A stretch of DNA of 63,026 nt, counting the filler, from Bigelowiella natans CCMP2755 (Eukaryota > Protista > Cercozoa), in assembly GCA_000320545.1 (NCBI GenBank). It is 9 parts of 9 records of this genome, joined end to end, with 100 filler letters (N's around TTAATTAATTAA, not from the genome) between each part and the next. Parts side by side here need not be neighbours in the genome. Positions count along the whole stretch, not along the records: positions 22,690 to 41,797 come from ADNK01000676.1; positions 41,898 to 46,570 come from ADNK01003584.1; 7 more parts are not named here. One strand, 5' to 3'. This document shows positions 31,801 through 43,657 of this stretch, one piece after another (the stretch's first letter is position 1; every line of letters starts with the position of its first letter). Below the pieces are notes generated by a model. It was not told the origin of the DNA. It saw nothing but the letters and a program-made list of their open reading frames with translations, and searched no databases. Made by a program: the position numbers and the translations under genes.

Positions 31801-32850
31801 TAGCTCCGTTATCTGTCGGATGGTCTTGCCGGGGTTCTTCTTCCGTAGCTCGGTAGGTGTAGGTAGCTTGTTGTCCGCTAGGTCCATAAACTCTAACGCA
31901 TTAACGCTTGACTCAGAGGTCCACTCGTCAAGCCGTATCATGTTCTGGCTGATGGTCCTGCCTGACTTCTTTGGCAACTTAGCAAAGTATATCTTGTGAT
32001 TGTAGAATGATATGATCCCCCCTAATTTTTCTAGGGCATCCTGTCCGAGGAGTAGTTCCATGGATAAAGTCATGGCTACTCGGGTCTTGATTTGGGTCTC
32101 CGCGTCGCTGCCAGGTATCTGTAGCTTTAGCATTAGCTCACCGACGGTCTTCATGGAAGAGCTTCCGTCTGCTTGAGCATATTTACGTTCTTTCTTAGTC
32201 ACTTGATCCAATAGTCCTAACCTTCTTACTGTGCTTAGGCTTATGAAGGACTTCGGCATGCTGCCACTATCCCAAAGGGCAGGTAGTTTCTTGTAGTCTC
32301 CGTAGCTGTCTTTAACTTTAACCTTGGTCATAGCAACTTTGATAGTCCTGTTAGCGTCTTCGTCATTAATGTTGCATACTCCTAAGTTCTTTATGTCGTC
32401 TAGGGTCATGGGCTTGTCTTGGTCCTGCGTTGCTGGTACTGCTGTCTTCGTCGGCGCCTGCTTAAGGTGATCTAATATTCCGTTTATCTGCTGCTGTATA
32501 GCATTGATACTGTTCTGCTTTTTGTTCTTATATTTATTGTTCTTCCCGTTGTTGCTGCCTTGCCATTTGCTGTTGTTATATCCTTGTCCTCTGCCTTTCT
32601 TTCTCTTTAACTTCTCGTAGTGTTCGTTGAGCTGCCTGATCGTCATCCTGGGTCGTCCTTCTTTCCTGTCTCTGCAGTCTTTAGCGGTGTGTTTCCCTTT
32701 ACGTGAGCAGTATCCGCAACGTCGGTTACCTTCCCTGTCCTTGTACCAGTCTCGCTGCGGCTTAATAGCGTTAATGTTTCCTATGCCAGGTACCTTAGGG
32801 CTGGTAAACTTGCGGTCCTGCTCCTGCTCGCGTAGGGATATAGCTGCACT
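28852..32850 (-). CDS. pol: Pol polyprotein: zinc knuckle, protease, RT, RNase H, integrase and an extra C-terminal methyltransferase-like domain
   Basis: CGYCSRKGKHTAKDC upstream of Met 32646 in the same frame; ALWDSGS; SPWN, PYGL and YVDD; TDWS, TDHKPL and ADYFSR; H..H..CRC, QID, VDNE and SNSKVERL. Confidence 0.95.
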   Translation of the reverse strand, partial: SAAISLREQEQDRKFTSPKVPGIGNINAIKPQRDWYKDREGNRRCGYCSRKGKHTAKDCRDRKEGRPRMTIRQLNEHYEKLKRKKGRGQGYNNSKWQGSNNGKNNKYKNKKQNSINAIQQQINGILDHLKQAPTKTAVPATQDQDKPMTLDDIKNLGVCNINDEDANRTIKVAMTKVKVKDSYGDYKKLPALWDSGSMPKSFISLSTVRRLGLLDQVTKKERKYAQADGSSSMKTVGELMLKLQIPGSDAETQIKTRVAMTLSMELLLGQDALEKLGGIISFYNHKIYFAKLPKKSGRTISQNMIRLDEWTSESSVNALEFMDLADNKLPTPTELRKKNPGKTIRQITELLDKTPPADDWDIDKGKKYINKILNEKYSDITKPTTKPSSKLTPVKIELKKGYEECIINDPEHRRPEADWEKIEWQINEWAKEGKIEPSNSPWNVRHVLAKKPTYPFFRLAHNFIRHNRVIKRIQTPTPRIDDVIEHVIGYKYYSSLDKNESYMQTPIHKTSRPITAFSSRHRKWHFVVFPYGLSISGDAFSSQNYRAYTHDGMASVLWVFVFVYVDDDIICTNTVVAQIFLLENIFIRFAHFGFTIRLQKCTFLATRIKWCGYYLEQGRITPNPEKVAALQQAPKPKNAKELKSFLQTAAWILRRFSPTYARTAAAFTTAYRKENSVGLSFAKVWAKAGLDAHFDNLIKLCSNTLLNAKLDTTRPATLWTDWSKLGMAAVLTQDQQIIRVWGRACTAAEAKYSPTKGEYKAMTEAQRKLRYYLLSVPSFTLMTDHKPLLGIDRKLEAPNDEYAAMRADTEEFRDKRTVVYAPGDKQLADYFSRLFEKKVPTQVTPMVNAITFEDGDFLPEPEELQHLQEHLDKYKHKHEVLSDRIYVYTNNVRRTYVPRRTRGALLFTAHGPAHVGENHITALLYHYYWPYKLKEIRTYLRGCRCSSLKAAGVATKESSKSRASKKIKARNFLDIVQIDVYKYDGYHYLTFVDVATGKCWVKKIIKVNVAKKNKGLYKQRLTNCYRTWESELQAIPDEVSINKIPKKLHVDNETSLLQLPHPNIDASPVYYAQSNSKVERLHRTLANLSRINSTTPDKIQGLVNDTFTSGGGIKDKEREEGDDNDDDTESEDEKVPYDGRVLKEGQYVRAKVNLRSRNKQDPFWGGVAKVTERKGRKQYYIYDGNRVTLRHISHLKNYDIGEKLLEDVKVNPTVWERAMPCLGPRPKFDVEYGNNKVRVNDDWRMKIVYLGYPGLRNMERVAMKIKDGKYQLLYLAVPDLPFEHWYKVLGDLDAEGWYGHEPKDEGEFWVSDKGDKVREESITWWLVKFRKR

Positions 32851-33824
32851 GCTGCCTCCATCGTGGTGTAGCCTTTCTCCGTAACGTAAGTGGATTCCTT
32901 TATCTTTAACTTGAACTCTTCAAACCTTGCCTGATCATCACCTGTGTTGTAATTAAAATCATGTAGTTCGTCGATCATATCCTGGAAGCGCGTGGCAAAG
33001 TCTCTAACAGGTTCTCTCTCATGCTGCATCATTGCTCTGTATTTTCTAATAGCCTGGGGTAGGGAGTTAGCATCCTGTTCATTTACAAAAGCCTTCATTA
33101 TCGCCTCAACGTCTCGTAGCCCACTAACTGTAGTGTGTATTTTCTCTAGCTGCCTGATCCGGGTCCTGCCTGTCTCGTAAAGGTCCATGGCTTGCTTTAT
33201 TATAGCTAGCCATTTGAGCTTGTCGTTTTCGGTGGGGTTAGGGGTAAAGTCGCAGAGTATACTCCTAGCGTTCTTCCACCACCTCCTTGCCTCACCTCTT
33301 TTCCCGTTGTATTTCGTTATCATAACCGGTGCTGTTTTAACAGACATGAACTGGGTGTTCCGCTGTACCGGCTGCTGCTGCTTGACGGTGCTCTGGGTCG
33401 TCCCCCGCGAGGCGCCCAGACCCCCGTCGTTCCTAAACAAAGCTGCCCACTCTGGAGGTAAGTCTGCTTCGTAATCCATGATGTCCTGCATGATAGCTGC
33501 CCAAACATCATGTGTCTGATACTTGTATTCTATCGATACTTTCAGTTTGGCGTAGTTGCTCGCCCTGGGTCGCAAGGCTCGTAATGCCATTACGACCTTC
33601 TTGCTTTCGGCGGCCACGTCCTCGTCGTCCGCCTCGTAGAAGTTCTCCAGTGCCTCTGCTGCTGCATCTGCTTTCTTAATCCCGGGTGCTGGTCCCGGCG
33701 GTGCCTGTGGAGGTGTTCCTCCTCCTTCCTTAGCGTCCGTATCGCCCTTCCTTTCCTGTTTCTGCTCGTGCCCTTGCACGGCCTGCGAGCCAAAGTCCTG
33801 CTGTTCTTCTAGCTGCTGTGACAT
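32781..33824 (-). CDS. gag: Gag (capsid-like region); the zinc knuckle lies in the pol frame after a frameshift near 32850
   Basis: 347-aa ORF just after the PBS, with a major-homology-region-like QHEREPVRDFATRF. Confidence 0.85.
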   Translation of the reverse strand: MSQQLEEQQDFGSQAVQGHEQKQERKGDTDAKEGGGTPPQAPPGPAPGIKKADAAAEALENFYEADDEDVAAESKKVVMALRALRPRASNYAKLKVSIEYKYQTHDVWAAIMQDIMDYEADLPPEWAALFRNDGGLGASRGTTQSTVKQQQPVQRNTQFMSVKTAPVMITKYNGKRGEARRWWKNARSILCDFTPNPTENDKLKWLAIIKQAMDLYETGRTRIRQLEKIHTTVSGLRDVEAIMKAFVNEQDANSLPQAIRKYRAMMQHEREPVRDFATRFQDMIDELHDFNYNTGDDQARFEEFKLKIKESTYVTEKGYTTMEAAVQLYPYASRSRTASLPALRYLA

Positions 33825-33840
33825 TGTTAGTCAAATCGTT

Positions 33841-33858
33841 TCCCGTGTGTGGAAGCCA
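33841..33858 (-). promoter_or_regulatory. tRNA primer-binding site
   Basis: TGGCTTCCACACACGGGA lies 5 nt downstream of the 5' LTR and is complementary to a tRNA 3' end (...GGAAGCCA, discriminator G). The isoacceptor is unresolved. Confidence 0.75.
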
Positions 33859-33863
33859 AAGGT

Positions 33864-34189
33864 TGTTGCGCGTAAGGTGTTCACAGGCCGAGGCGCTACG
33901 TGCACAAGTAGGCAGGGGGGGGGAAAGGCACGTTTGCTTCCTTTTGAAGAGTTGTGTTTATTTTTATTAAAGATTATATTTTTATTAAATCGTGCACTGC
34001 GTAATCATTCGCGAAGCTTTCGCGAATGCCGCCGCACGTGGGGCAGCACACTTCCGGTGTGCTGCCATGAGTCCCGCCGGAACCCACGTGCCTATGCTGT
34101 ATTAATATCTACGTTATCTATATTCTATATCCGCGACAACCCCTTTGTTGTCGCACGTGACTTGTGCCCGCGTAGTGGTACGCGCTACA
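33864..34189 (-). repeat. 5' LTR
   Basis: Direct repeat of 28475-28800, with an AT-rich TATA-like stretch and AATAAA signals on the minus strand. Confidence 0.97.
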
Positions 34190-34749
34190 CGAAGTTGTGC
34201 GTTTGCACATCTGCTCTAGCATGATTGGTTCACAAAGCAATCTAGCAATGCGTGAGCGTGTTGGAACGCTTTGCACCAGTGCACCCAAGCCGCAAAGTGT
34301 GTGGTTGCAGCAGCCGCCCAAGAATTTTGGCCAAACGATGTCAGCGACCTAGACACAACCCTGACGATGCATTGCACAATGCACACTATAACACTAGCAC
34401 ACACACCGACGCACAAGCTTAGCATGATGAAGCGATCGAACACGGACAGATCTAGAGATGTGCGGGTACGTGCAGCTATATACAGCGGCTTTACTTACTG
34501 CTATACTGCTAGAGATGGACAAACGTTGAAACAACCAAGAAAAATGGCATGCCAGCATGGCGGCCCAGTGGAAATGACAATCATGGCACATGACATGCTA
34601 GCATGCATGCATGCATGCATGTGTGTGGGGGGGGGGGGGGTCAGGGGTGCATGTGCATTCGTCATGTGCCTGTACTTGTTTACCGCTATCTGATGACATT
34701 TGTTCATTCCATTTTCTTCTATAGCATTTGTTTGTTGTTAATAGTCATT

Positions 34750-36543
34750 ACTTGTACAATCGTTGAGCCTTTGACAATTGATGATGGTTGCTTGAAGCTG
34801 CTGTGGTTTTCCGCTTAGTCCCCTTCTTTGATTTCTTATGATTGTCACACAGATAGAAAAATGCAGAAATAGAAGAGGTTCTCATTGGAGAAGAAACCAA
34901 AACATTTAAGTTCATTAATATCAGTCCCATCTTTGTATCAACTACCTTGGTATTAAATACTTCTCGTACAAACACATCTAAGGGACGAGGGTCATCTTCT
35001 TCCATGAACGCTCGCATGACTGTCCGCTTCGCCAAGCTTGCTCCACGGAACGGTTGTGGATTCTGAGTAAGATTAGCCAGAGAAAGTTTACGACGAAGAT
35101 ATCCTAGACAGGAAACGCCTTCCCAAATGTTTGGAATGTCTGGTGTGAGAAACCAATCATTTTTCTCACCGAGTATAAATATTTGAGAAGAGAAGAATCT
35201 AGAATCCGCTCTGACTCTGAGTCTTTGGTAGTATCTGTCCAGGTGGCTGGGTCCTCAAAGATTTCCTTCTTGAGAACCGTGATAAGTGGCGCCGGCCTGC
35301 CGCCAACATCCTGTGAAGTCTGCTTAGCCTCATCTTTTGTCCCTTTCCCAACCACCCTGGGAACGCCAAGCTGTTTGACGTATCTACGACGAAGGGTTGC
35401 AGACAAGAAGTTGTCAGTTAGCGCATACAAACGGATGAAAGCAAATGTCGTTCTTGTGTTACGTGTGGAAGGTGGTGCGGAGAGGCTTTTCTCGATCCAC
35501 CAGCTTGCGTTTAACATCCTCGAGCTGTCGCACACACGATTTTCTATCAAACTAAGGGATTCTTTAGGAGGAGAAAAGAAAAATATAGACCTCAAAGTAT
35601 TTTATAAGATCTTCATGCCCCTTGAGTTTGGCATCGTTTCTCTCGTCACGCCACATGACCTTCCCTCCCTCCTCGCCTACTATCCTCTCTCCTGGTCAAT
35701 TCGTATTGGGGTGGTTCAAAGCTATGTCTGATCTCTGCACTTGTCATAGATCTTTTGTCGGCAAGATTATTACCGCGACAACCATCAGAAAGAAAATCGA
35801 TTTTAAATTCCCGCGCGCCAAATTGGATTTTGCCGTCCAACTTCCTATCATCGGAGAAGTATCTGAAGAATATTGCCAGAAGAAACTGCGAACGTGCAGT
35901 CGCCGAGATGCGAATCCAAAGCGAGCGACTGCGAGAAACTTCTTGCAACTCGGGCCGAGCGAAAGGGCACACAACCCAAAAATAAGGAAGAACTTCCACT
36001 CGGAGCTCCATTTGCCTGTATTTATACATATATCTGTTGTATTTTTCATGTCGCTGTGCCATTTGCCGTTCTTTTCTCCAAAACAGAAATTTGTGCAGGA
36101 TCTCATAACATCTTACAAACGGAGGGCTGCTACCATCTCGATGGTGTTTAGGCCGACCGACAGCACGCTCTGAGCTGAGGACGGAGCCTAATCAGCTCGA
36201 ATGGCGCTTAGCCGGTCTAAGATCTTCGAGTTCATCGAGCGAAACTTTCTCGTTGAAGAGTTCCGAGGCAATGAGCCAAAGTTTGAGAAATCAGAGCAGG
36301 TTCCGATCACACAAATATTGGGGTCTGACGGACAGCTTGCTGCCCTCGATTCCCTTTGAGCAACGTTGCACAACACATCCCTTCCCATAAGTGAGCATGG
36401 AAAATGTAATCATTTCCCATGTGTAGTTGTAGTAGTTGGAGACCCGAAGCTAGATTCAGTCGTGCCCAATAAAGGGTTGAGCTTGTCATTATTTTCGGTT
36501 TTAAATTGAACAGTTCTGTCTGACCATGCGGTAGCGTAATCAT
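34750..36543 (-). CDS. Orphan multi-exon gene or pseudogene
   Basis: A series of complex, non-repetitive open frames (34748-35035, 35104-35595, 35646-36062). No family recognised. Confidence 0.3.
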
Positions 36544-36671
36544 CAGTCCGCATCGAGAATCTTTACGAATAACATTCGTGTAGCAACTCGAGAAAATATG
36601 GCTCCCTGCACAATATAACCCAACAAATCATGATCAACAGGGCACATGCAGACTATCTCCCGACTCTACAT

Positions 36672-36718
<47 letters not shown>

Positions 36719-36863
36719 TTCTGGCTATGTTGATGTAATTAGGCTCGGGATGAATCATGGGGCTGGCTAATGTCTACTCCCCACCCCGACAAGCTCCTGG
36801 AAATCGGTGACAAATCTCACGGAAAATTCATCGAAACGCTCATTCAGGTGGGGTTGATGCGTA

Positions 36864-36918
<55 letters not shown>

Positions 36919-37968
36919 TGGACCTACTATTTAAATTTTGTGTTCCTAAACAAGACTGCCATATTCATTTATCATTTCCAGATGCGAAGGGAGATGCTGG
37001 ATAGGGGAGGAGGCGAGGTATGTACCACTCCGGGGAGGGGGAGGGGGGAATTACAATATGCAAAAAAATCTCAAAATGAAGCATTATTTCACGATCTTTT
37101 GCTGGGGGTGCGGAAAAGCGACGTCGTTGACGATGACAGATGTGCGCTGTTATCGGGCTGTCCCAAGGATGCACGCACACTGCATACGATGATAACAACA
37201 ATAGCGATAGCGCCCTCATGGATCTTCATCAACTAGGCTAAACACCATTTCGATTAGTTTTAAACCCCTTCCTCGTCGAACAGAACATGAGGTGACAATT
37301 TTTCGCAATTACAGGGAGCTTTCATCTTCGTTACAAAGGGAAAGCCAAACTCAAGCTATAAGAGGTGGCCAGGGAGGATGATTCATATCTAAGCTAATGT
37401 GTGAATATGCGCGCGCGTGTGTAGTGTTGTATGCTTGCGCGTGCACGCAGATGAATGGACACACACAATCCAGTAGTCGACCTAGACTGCATTATCCATG
37501 TATTACTCTCATCGTCGAGACGATTCACCCCAATCATTTGTCTCCACAGATCCGGCGAAGAGGGCCTGCGCAGTGTACTGATGTCCTCGCTAGTCTCCAA
37601 AGATTTCCGATTCATACCGTGGAACAAGATGGAGGGCTGGGATGACGATGCAAAGATCAGGGATCCAGCAAGTAAGCACTCCTTTCTCTGGCTCCCCCCC
37701 CCGCACGCGCGATCCCTCTTCTCCCTCACCCCCTTGAAGATGTTTGTGGCATTGATCTGATGATTAATGAACTGAGCAGGTAGTAAAAGCTGGCGGTGAA
37801 ATGGGAGGCTGCGAGAGGCCGCACGCTTGCCTCCGAGGCCATATTCAACCTCGGGAGCCTCACGACTACTGGGGACAGGAAGAAGGTCGGTCGGTCGGTC
37901 GCAATAGCTACTCATACCCTATATTGCGAGCGGCGGCGGCAGCATCGGAAAGCGCTGGCATTTTAGGA

Positions 37969-39121
37969 ATGACGCCCACGAAGCTACGATCGCCACCACC
38001 ATCAAAGACTGACTATCATCACCATTGCGACACCTACTGTTTTCCGATCAGACGGCCTCCGGTCCCGTCCATTTTCCCGGCACGCGCATGCGGATTATGC
38101 CCAAGCTATTCGCCCCTCCCCCCCCCCCCCTACGAAAGCAGCCAGCGACGGTTCCAACGGCAACACCGATTTGCCCCCCCCGTCCAAGCCCAGGTCTCAC
38201 AGAGCCGCTGCGGGGAGGGCGGGGGACGACGACGCGGCTGCGATTCGTACGCGTTGTGAGGGAGGGGGTGGCGATGAGAAGCGGCGGGCGCGGAAACGGG
38301 GAGGTTTGTCGCCCTCGTCGTCATCGTCCTCTTCATCGTCGGGGCTGAACAACCGGCGGCCGAAGCTGCGCAGCATCATCGAGAAGGCGTGTTGCGAGTT
38401 CTGTAGGAAGATGACGGTCCCCCAGGGCGACATCATGCGCCTGCAGCCCACGAAGTCGCACAACTTCGAGGTCCACATCTACGGTTGGTCGCTTGGGGCC
38501 TTCATCGGGTTGTTGTTGTTGTTGTCGCTGCTGCTGCTGTTGCTGTTCTTTTTCTAGTTCTTTTTCTTCTAGTGCTTCTTCTTCTTGTCGCTATTGTTTT
38601 CCCCTCTGATAATACGAGTAGTGGTGCTGCGGCTGTGGTGGTAGCATGTTTGCCTTCCTAAAATATAATACATTTTGCGCGTATCATCCTGTCGATACTG
38701 CTACTCTTCCCCCTCTAACCCATCGCACCTCGTTCTGCCCCCCCCCCCCCCCCCCCCCCCTTTCCTTCCGTTGCATTCGGACAAATTCTCACCGCAGCTA
38801 CAAGCTGCAAAGCAAAGTAGACAAGCTGTATCACCGATATGGAACCCTCGCCAACGTCCCAGTTATGACGATGCCTAGACTGTCATCGGGAGGGGGTGGG
38901 AGGCCATCAGGGTCACCGTCATTGCCCTCGAGCTCCTCATCATCCTCTGGAGGAGGAAGGAGGCGGGGTGGGACGACGAAGACAGCAGCCACCTCCAGAG
39001 CTGCAAATAGTGCGATGGCCCGCTCCTCGTCGCCTTCAGCTGCTGCTGCTACGATTAAACTCCAACCGGTGGTAGGTTTTTGTTTGATGATGACATGCTG
39101 CTTGCGAGAAGATGCGTGTAC

Positions 39122-39156
<35 letters not shown>

Positions 39157-40031
39157 TGTTGCTTCTTAGGCAGAGCTTTGACCCTGCCATCTCCCCCCCC
39201 CCCCCCCCTCCCTTGAACAGAATGACGACATCGTGGAACTACGCGAGGCCTGGCACAGCATGTCCCACGAAGAGAAGGAGAGCACCATCATCGTCGCGGC
39301 ACGCCGCATGAGGAAATCGCTCGACCTTTGCAGCAGCAACCCCTCATCCTCAGCTACGGCAACGGCAGAGGCGAAGATACACCACCAGCAGCAATACCAG
39401 CTTCTTGTGGACGAGGAGGACGAGGTTGGGGGGGGAGAGCAGCGTCCAGATGAACGGGGCGCGGAAAGGAGTGGAGGCAGCCGAGGGGGGGAGCTCACGA
39501 TGATTCAGGTGCATACTTGTAGGGAAGCGAAGAAGGGGGTTGGCGGCGGAGCATTCAGGGATTTTTTTTTTTAAGTGGTGGGTTAGTAGTGGCGGGGGTA
39601 GAACGGTTGTGCGAGTCATCTATGCGCTTTAGGCTCTGCTTTGTGCGCACGATCGGCAATCCTTCTTTGCGTTGATTCGTCGTGATTGTCGTTGCCGTTA
39701 CCGTTGTGGTCGTGTGATGGTCGATATCGCCACGTAATCAGCGGCAGGAGGCAATGGAGATCGCCGGGCGCGGTTTCTCGCTGCTGCTGGACCAGGTGTC
39801 ATCGAAGGAGCTCACGCTGCTGGCATTCGAGATCAGGGCGGCAGTGCAGAAGGCGCAGTCCCGGCGCTTCCTGGAGGAGCTCCTCGACGACGAGAGCAGG
39901 TCGGAGTCGAGGAGGAAGAAGAAGGCGCGCAAGCGGAAAGAGAAGCAGCAGCGCCGCGCCGAGCAGAAGAAACGCCGGGAGGAGATCGAACGGGTGCGTT
40001 GGTTTTGAAAGAGGCGAATACTGCTCGCGCG

Positions 40032-40069
<38 letters not shown>

Positions 40070-40554
40070 CTTAGTGGGGGCGTGTCTGTGCTTCGTCAAA
40101 ACGTGGGGCTTTCCCTCTTTTTCTCCGTCCTTTTTCTCCCCCCCCCCCCCCCTTAAACGAGACTGGCAATGATGATCACGACGGCGTGTGGGGATGCTGT
40201 TTTTATCGGTAGGCCTGCCGGCTCATCATCGACGAATGCGCTTCCCGCGCTGTCGGCGAAGCGGAAGAGAGCAATCGACAGCGAAGGCTGCAGCAGCAGC
40301 GGCAGCAGCAGGAGGAGGAGGAAGAGGAGGAGGAGACGAACCGACGCCTTCATGGAGATGGTTCCTCCTCCGTCGCATCAGCAGCGTCGATGTCCTCGGC
40401 GTCAGTAGCGACTGTTGGCGGGGGCAAATCATCCACCAGCCAGCGAAGGAAGAAGAAAAAAAAGTCGTCGCGCTCGAGAAGGGGGGCCAAGCAGCAGCAG
40501 CAGCAGCAGCTACACGCGCAAGCAATGGCCGCAACATCGGAGACAGATGACGTG

Positions 40555-40588
<34 letters not shown>

Positions 40589-41797
40589 TCGAGATCCACG
40601 GACGAGGCAGTAGCACGACTTCCACCATTTCTACCAGCAGCACTGGGGTAGTTCAGTGCCGAGGCAATAGCAGCACCTCTTCTCGTAACCAACACGTGAT
40701 GAGCAGTGGTGGTGGCAGTAGTAGGAGCGACCCCGCTCGCGGTGCAGGTGCAGGTGCAGGTGCAGGTGCAGCAGCAGCAGCAGCAGCATCAACATCGACA
40801 GCGGTTGACAAGCGGCAGCAGCCACAATCATCGCCTTCCCCGTCGCTGGCGAGAATGCGCGCGGACGACATCGAGCGCTGGCTGCGCAAGATGAAGGAGA
40901 CGGACAACCGCATCGACCACCGCATGCACAGCCTCAACAAGGAGCTTCACCAGCTCGAGCAGATTCGCTCGCACCTCCAGGCTTGCGCTGACGTGTACGC
41001 GTCGCAGCTAGGTGGGGGCGGGCAGCAGTACCCAGCAGTGATGCGGAGCGGCGACAGAGGCGGCCATAACCACCTCAAAATAGCCCGCTCGTCCCCCTCC
41101 TCGTCTGTCCGCGGCAACGACAGCGTAGCACCAGGGGGGGGGGCAGCACGTTCCGATCTACAATCGGATCTCACAGCTCGGCGGCTTCCTCGCGTTCCGT
41201 TTCAAGAGGGGACGCGGTGTCCTCGGCCTCCATAACTGCTGACCCCTCCCCCCTTGCCACACCCCCTCCCGAAAGGGCGAGCGACGGAGTGGGGGAGCCG
41301 GGGGCAGGGGGTGTCATGCACAAACGCACCGGCTACCCCTCGTCGCTGCCCCCTCGCCCCTCCCTTCGCTTGCAGCAGCGGAGCAAAGCTGTGGTAGACG
41401 CCGCGGCTGCGGCTTCCGCCTCCTCGCCAAACGGCACCGCCACTAGCCCCGACGACGTAATCCCGGTATTTGCACAATACCTGTCACTCCTCAACAACCA
41501 GCAGCGCCGCGCGTTCATGAAGCGCGTGGAGCTGTCGCGCGTGGACGAGGGGGCCGGCGGCGGCGAGGGCGCTAGCAAGCAAGGACAGAGCAAGCAAGGT
41601 ACACGCAGCGCGCAGCCGCCAAAGCGAGGCAGCAACGGCGAGGGGCAAGAGCAAACAGGAAGGGGGAGGGAATTCGACGCTTCTTCTCCTCCTCCTCCTT
41701 TCCCCCCCACTGCTACTACGACTCCTTCAAGGGCGCCCAGGCAGGCCAACGGCGATGTGAAAATAGACACGCGGTGTGATAGAGATTCCAAGGCACA
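37969..41797 (+). CDS. Large low-complexity, coiled-coil hypothetical protein, multi-exon; 3' end cut by a gap
   Basis: GC3-rich exons: LRSIIEKACCEFCRKM.., LREAWHSMSHEEKE.., RRFLEELLDDESRSESRRKKKARKRKEK.. and IERWLRKMKETDNRIDHRMHSLNKEL. Confidence 0.6.
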
Positions 41798-41956
41798 NNN
41801 NNNNNNNNNNNNNNNNNNNNNNNNNNNNNNNNNNNNNNNNNTTAATTAATTAANNNNNNNNNNNNNNNNNNNNNNNNNNNNNNNNNNNNNNNNNNNNTAT
41901 ATATAACGACGGAAGAGTTTGGTTAAAGAATACATATGAATTTGAATATACATGGC

Positions 41957-41988
<32 letters not shown>

Positions 41989-42544
41989 AAGAGGGGGGGA
42001 GGGGAAGAAGGGAATTAAAAGCTTGTTCGCCATCATTGTTTACCATCCAAATATTGATTTAGAATTCACTCACATGATACGTATTCCATACGTTCATGGT
42101 GCATATGAGCACAACGGATAGAGGTCAGTGCGTGTGTGTGTGTGTGTGTGTGCGTGTGCGTGTGCATGGACGCGACCTTTGGGTACGACTTGCCATAGTA
42201 TCTAAATCACAAAAAAAAGGGAGGATCAAGGGCAGCGACGAAGACGGGGGTGAGGGTGAGAAGAGGAGATGAGAGGTTGGATTGCAAAGGGGGAGAAGGC
42301 AGAGAATAGCAGCCGCATCAGCAACAGCAGCAAATGACAGCTGGGACCAGTGAGAAATAACAACAAACGTAACCACGGACGGCTTCATCATTCAACTCCC
42401 AACACCCCGCACAAATGCTGCTGTGCTGTGTTTGTTTTGATAAGCTGTCATTGCCGTCGTAAGGGTGCTGCTGTTGCTGCTACTTACTTGGTTTCGTTGA
42501 ACCCCTTTCTCTTTTTTGCCCATCTGCCATTCTTCGTGATATAC

Positions 42545-43657
42545 CTACGCAGCAGCAGGTGGAGAAGCCCCAAACGAACATCGAATCAATGTGTTATGGT
42601 AGAGATCCTAACATCGGATTCGGAAGCTAAGGCCAAAACCATCAAAGAAGAATTTCTCTCAATGACACAGCTGTCGCCGTGTCGCAGGACAGAAATTATC
42701 ATCGACTTCTAGGCGACTACGATGAAAAGAAATCGTTTTTATTAGCTGCTGTTGTTCCTACAATTTTTCGTTGATGAACTTCAGCTGCCCCGCATCTGAA
42801 ATTCAGAAGATATAAAGCATAGAGAGTGGAGAGAGGGGGGGAGGTGGGGGGGACGTAGATAGGTTTGAGATCTTGAGAGGAGCAGCAGAGGAAGGGCATT
42901 TAAATCATCGGCGTGAAACATCATATTCATCTACGTTTCTGGCCATGCTTGAACTTATACGACGTCCAGTTTCGCTGATAAGTGTACTGATGGCAGTAGT
43001 CACAACACAAATTACAACGCATCCCTCTTGCAGATCGTTCATTGACGAGAGGAGGAAGGGAAAAAAAAGAGACAGGAGACCTGTGTTTCCCCTTCACCGA
43101 TTCACTAGTACCTTTTGCATCTTTCCGTCCTTCAGGCGTCTGTAGTGTGTCAAACCGCCCCCCCGCAGCCTGAGCACTTCATCTGCAAAGCTACAATTCT
43201 GGCTGGATCGCTGCTGCGCTCGCTGACTACTTTCCTGCCACCCGCCTTCGTCGTCCACCATTCGTGCTGTTGTTCTTCCGAGCGCGTGTTCGTAGCTACG
43301 GTAGGAGGAGGAGGAGGAGGAGGAGGAGGAGGGGGCGTTCTCCGCCCAAGCGTAGGCCGGGTCGTCGCCCATGTTACCCCTACCGATATTTCTTGAATCT
43401 GGCCCAGACAAGACCGATGGCGGATCTCCAAGCTGGCTGTCCTCCCCAACACTACTCATGCTGAGGAACGTCTGCCCACCCCCTATTCCAAGACTCAGCG
43501 CGGTCAGGAGAGAAAGAATCCATCGCCCGCTGACACATCGCGAGCCGCAACTTATTCTCGCGTATTTTCCATCCTCCTCTGTGCTCCACCTTTCGCAAGG
43601 AGGAGGGGGAGTGTGGTCGCCACAGGGGCCGAGCCGCGGCCTCCCCGGCGCCGCCAT
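42545..43657 (-). CDS. Hypothetical protein with one N-terminal hydrophobic segment
   Basis: 187-aa ORF (WILSLLTALSLGIG) with short downstream exon-like segments. Confidence 0.35.

Larger units (their letters stand above)
28475..34189 (-). mobile_element. Full-length Ty3/Gypsy LTR retrotransposon (5.7 kb), very recent insertion
   Basis: Two 326-nt TG...CA LTRs that look identical by eye, a 4-bp target-site duplication CGAA (28471-28474 and 34190-34193), PBS, PPT, and the domain order gag-PR-RT-RH-IN. Confidence 0.97.

Noticed and set aside
29399-33474. Plus-strand ORFs within the retrotransposon
   Set aside because: They are antisense shadows of gag and pol with no recognisable motifs.
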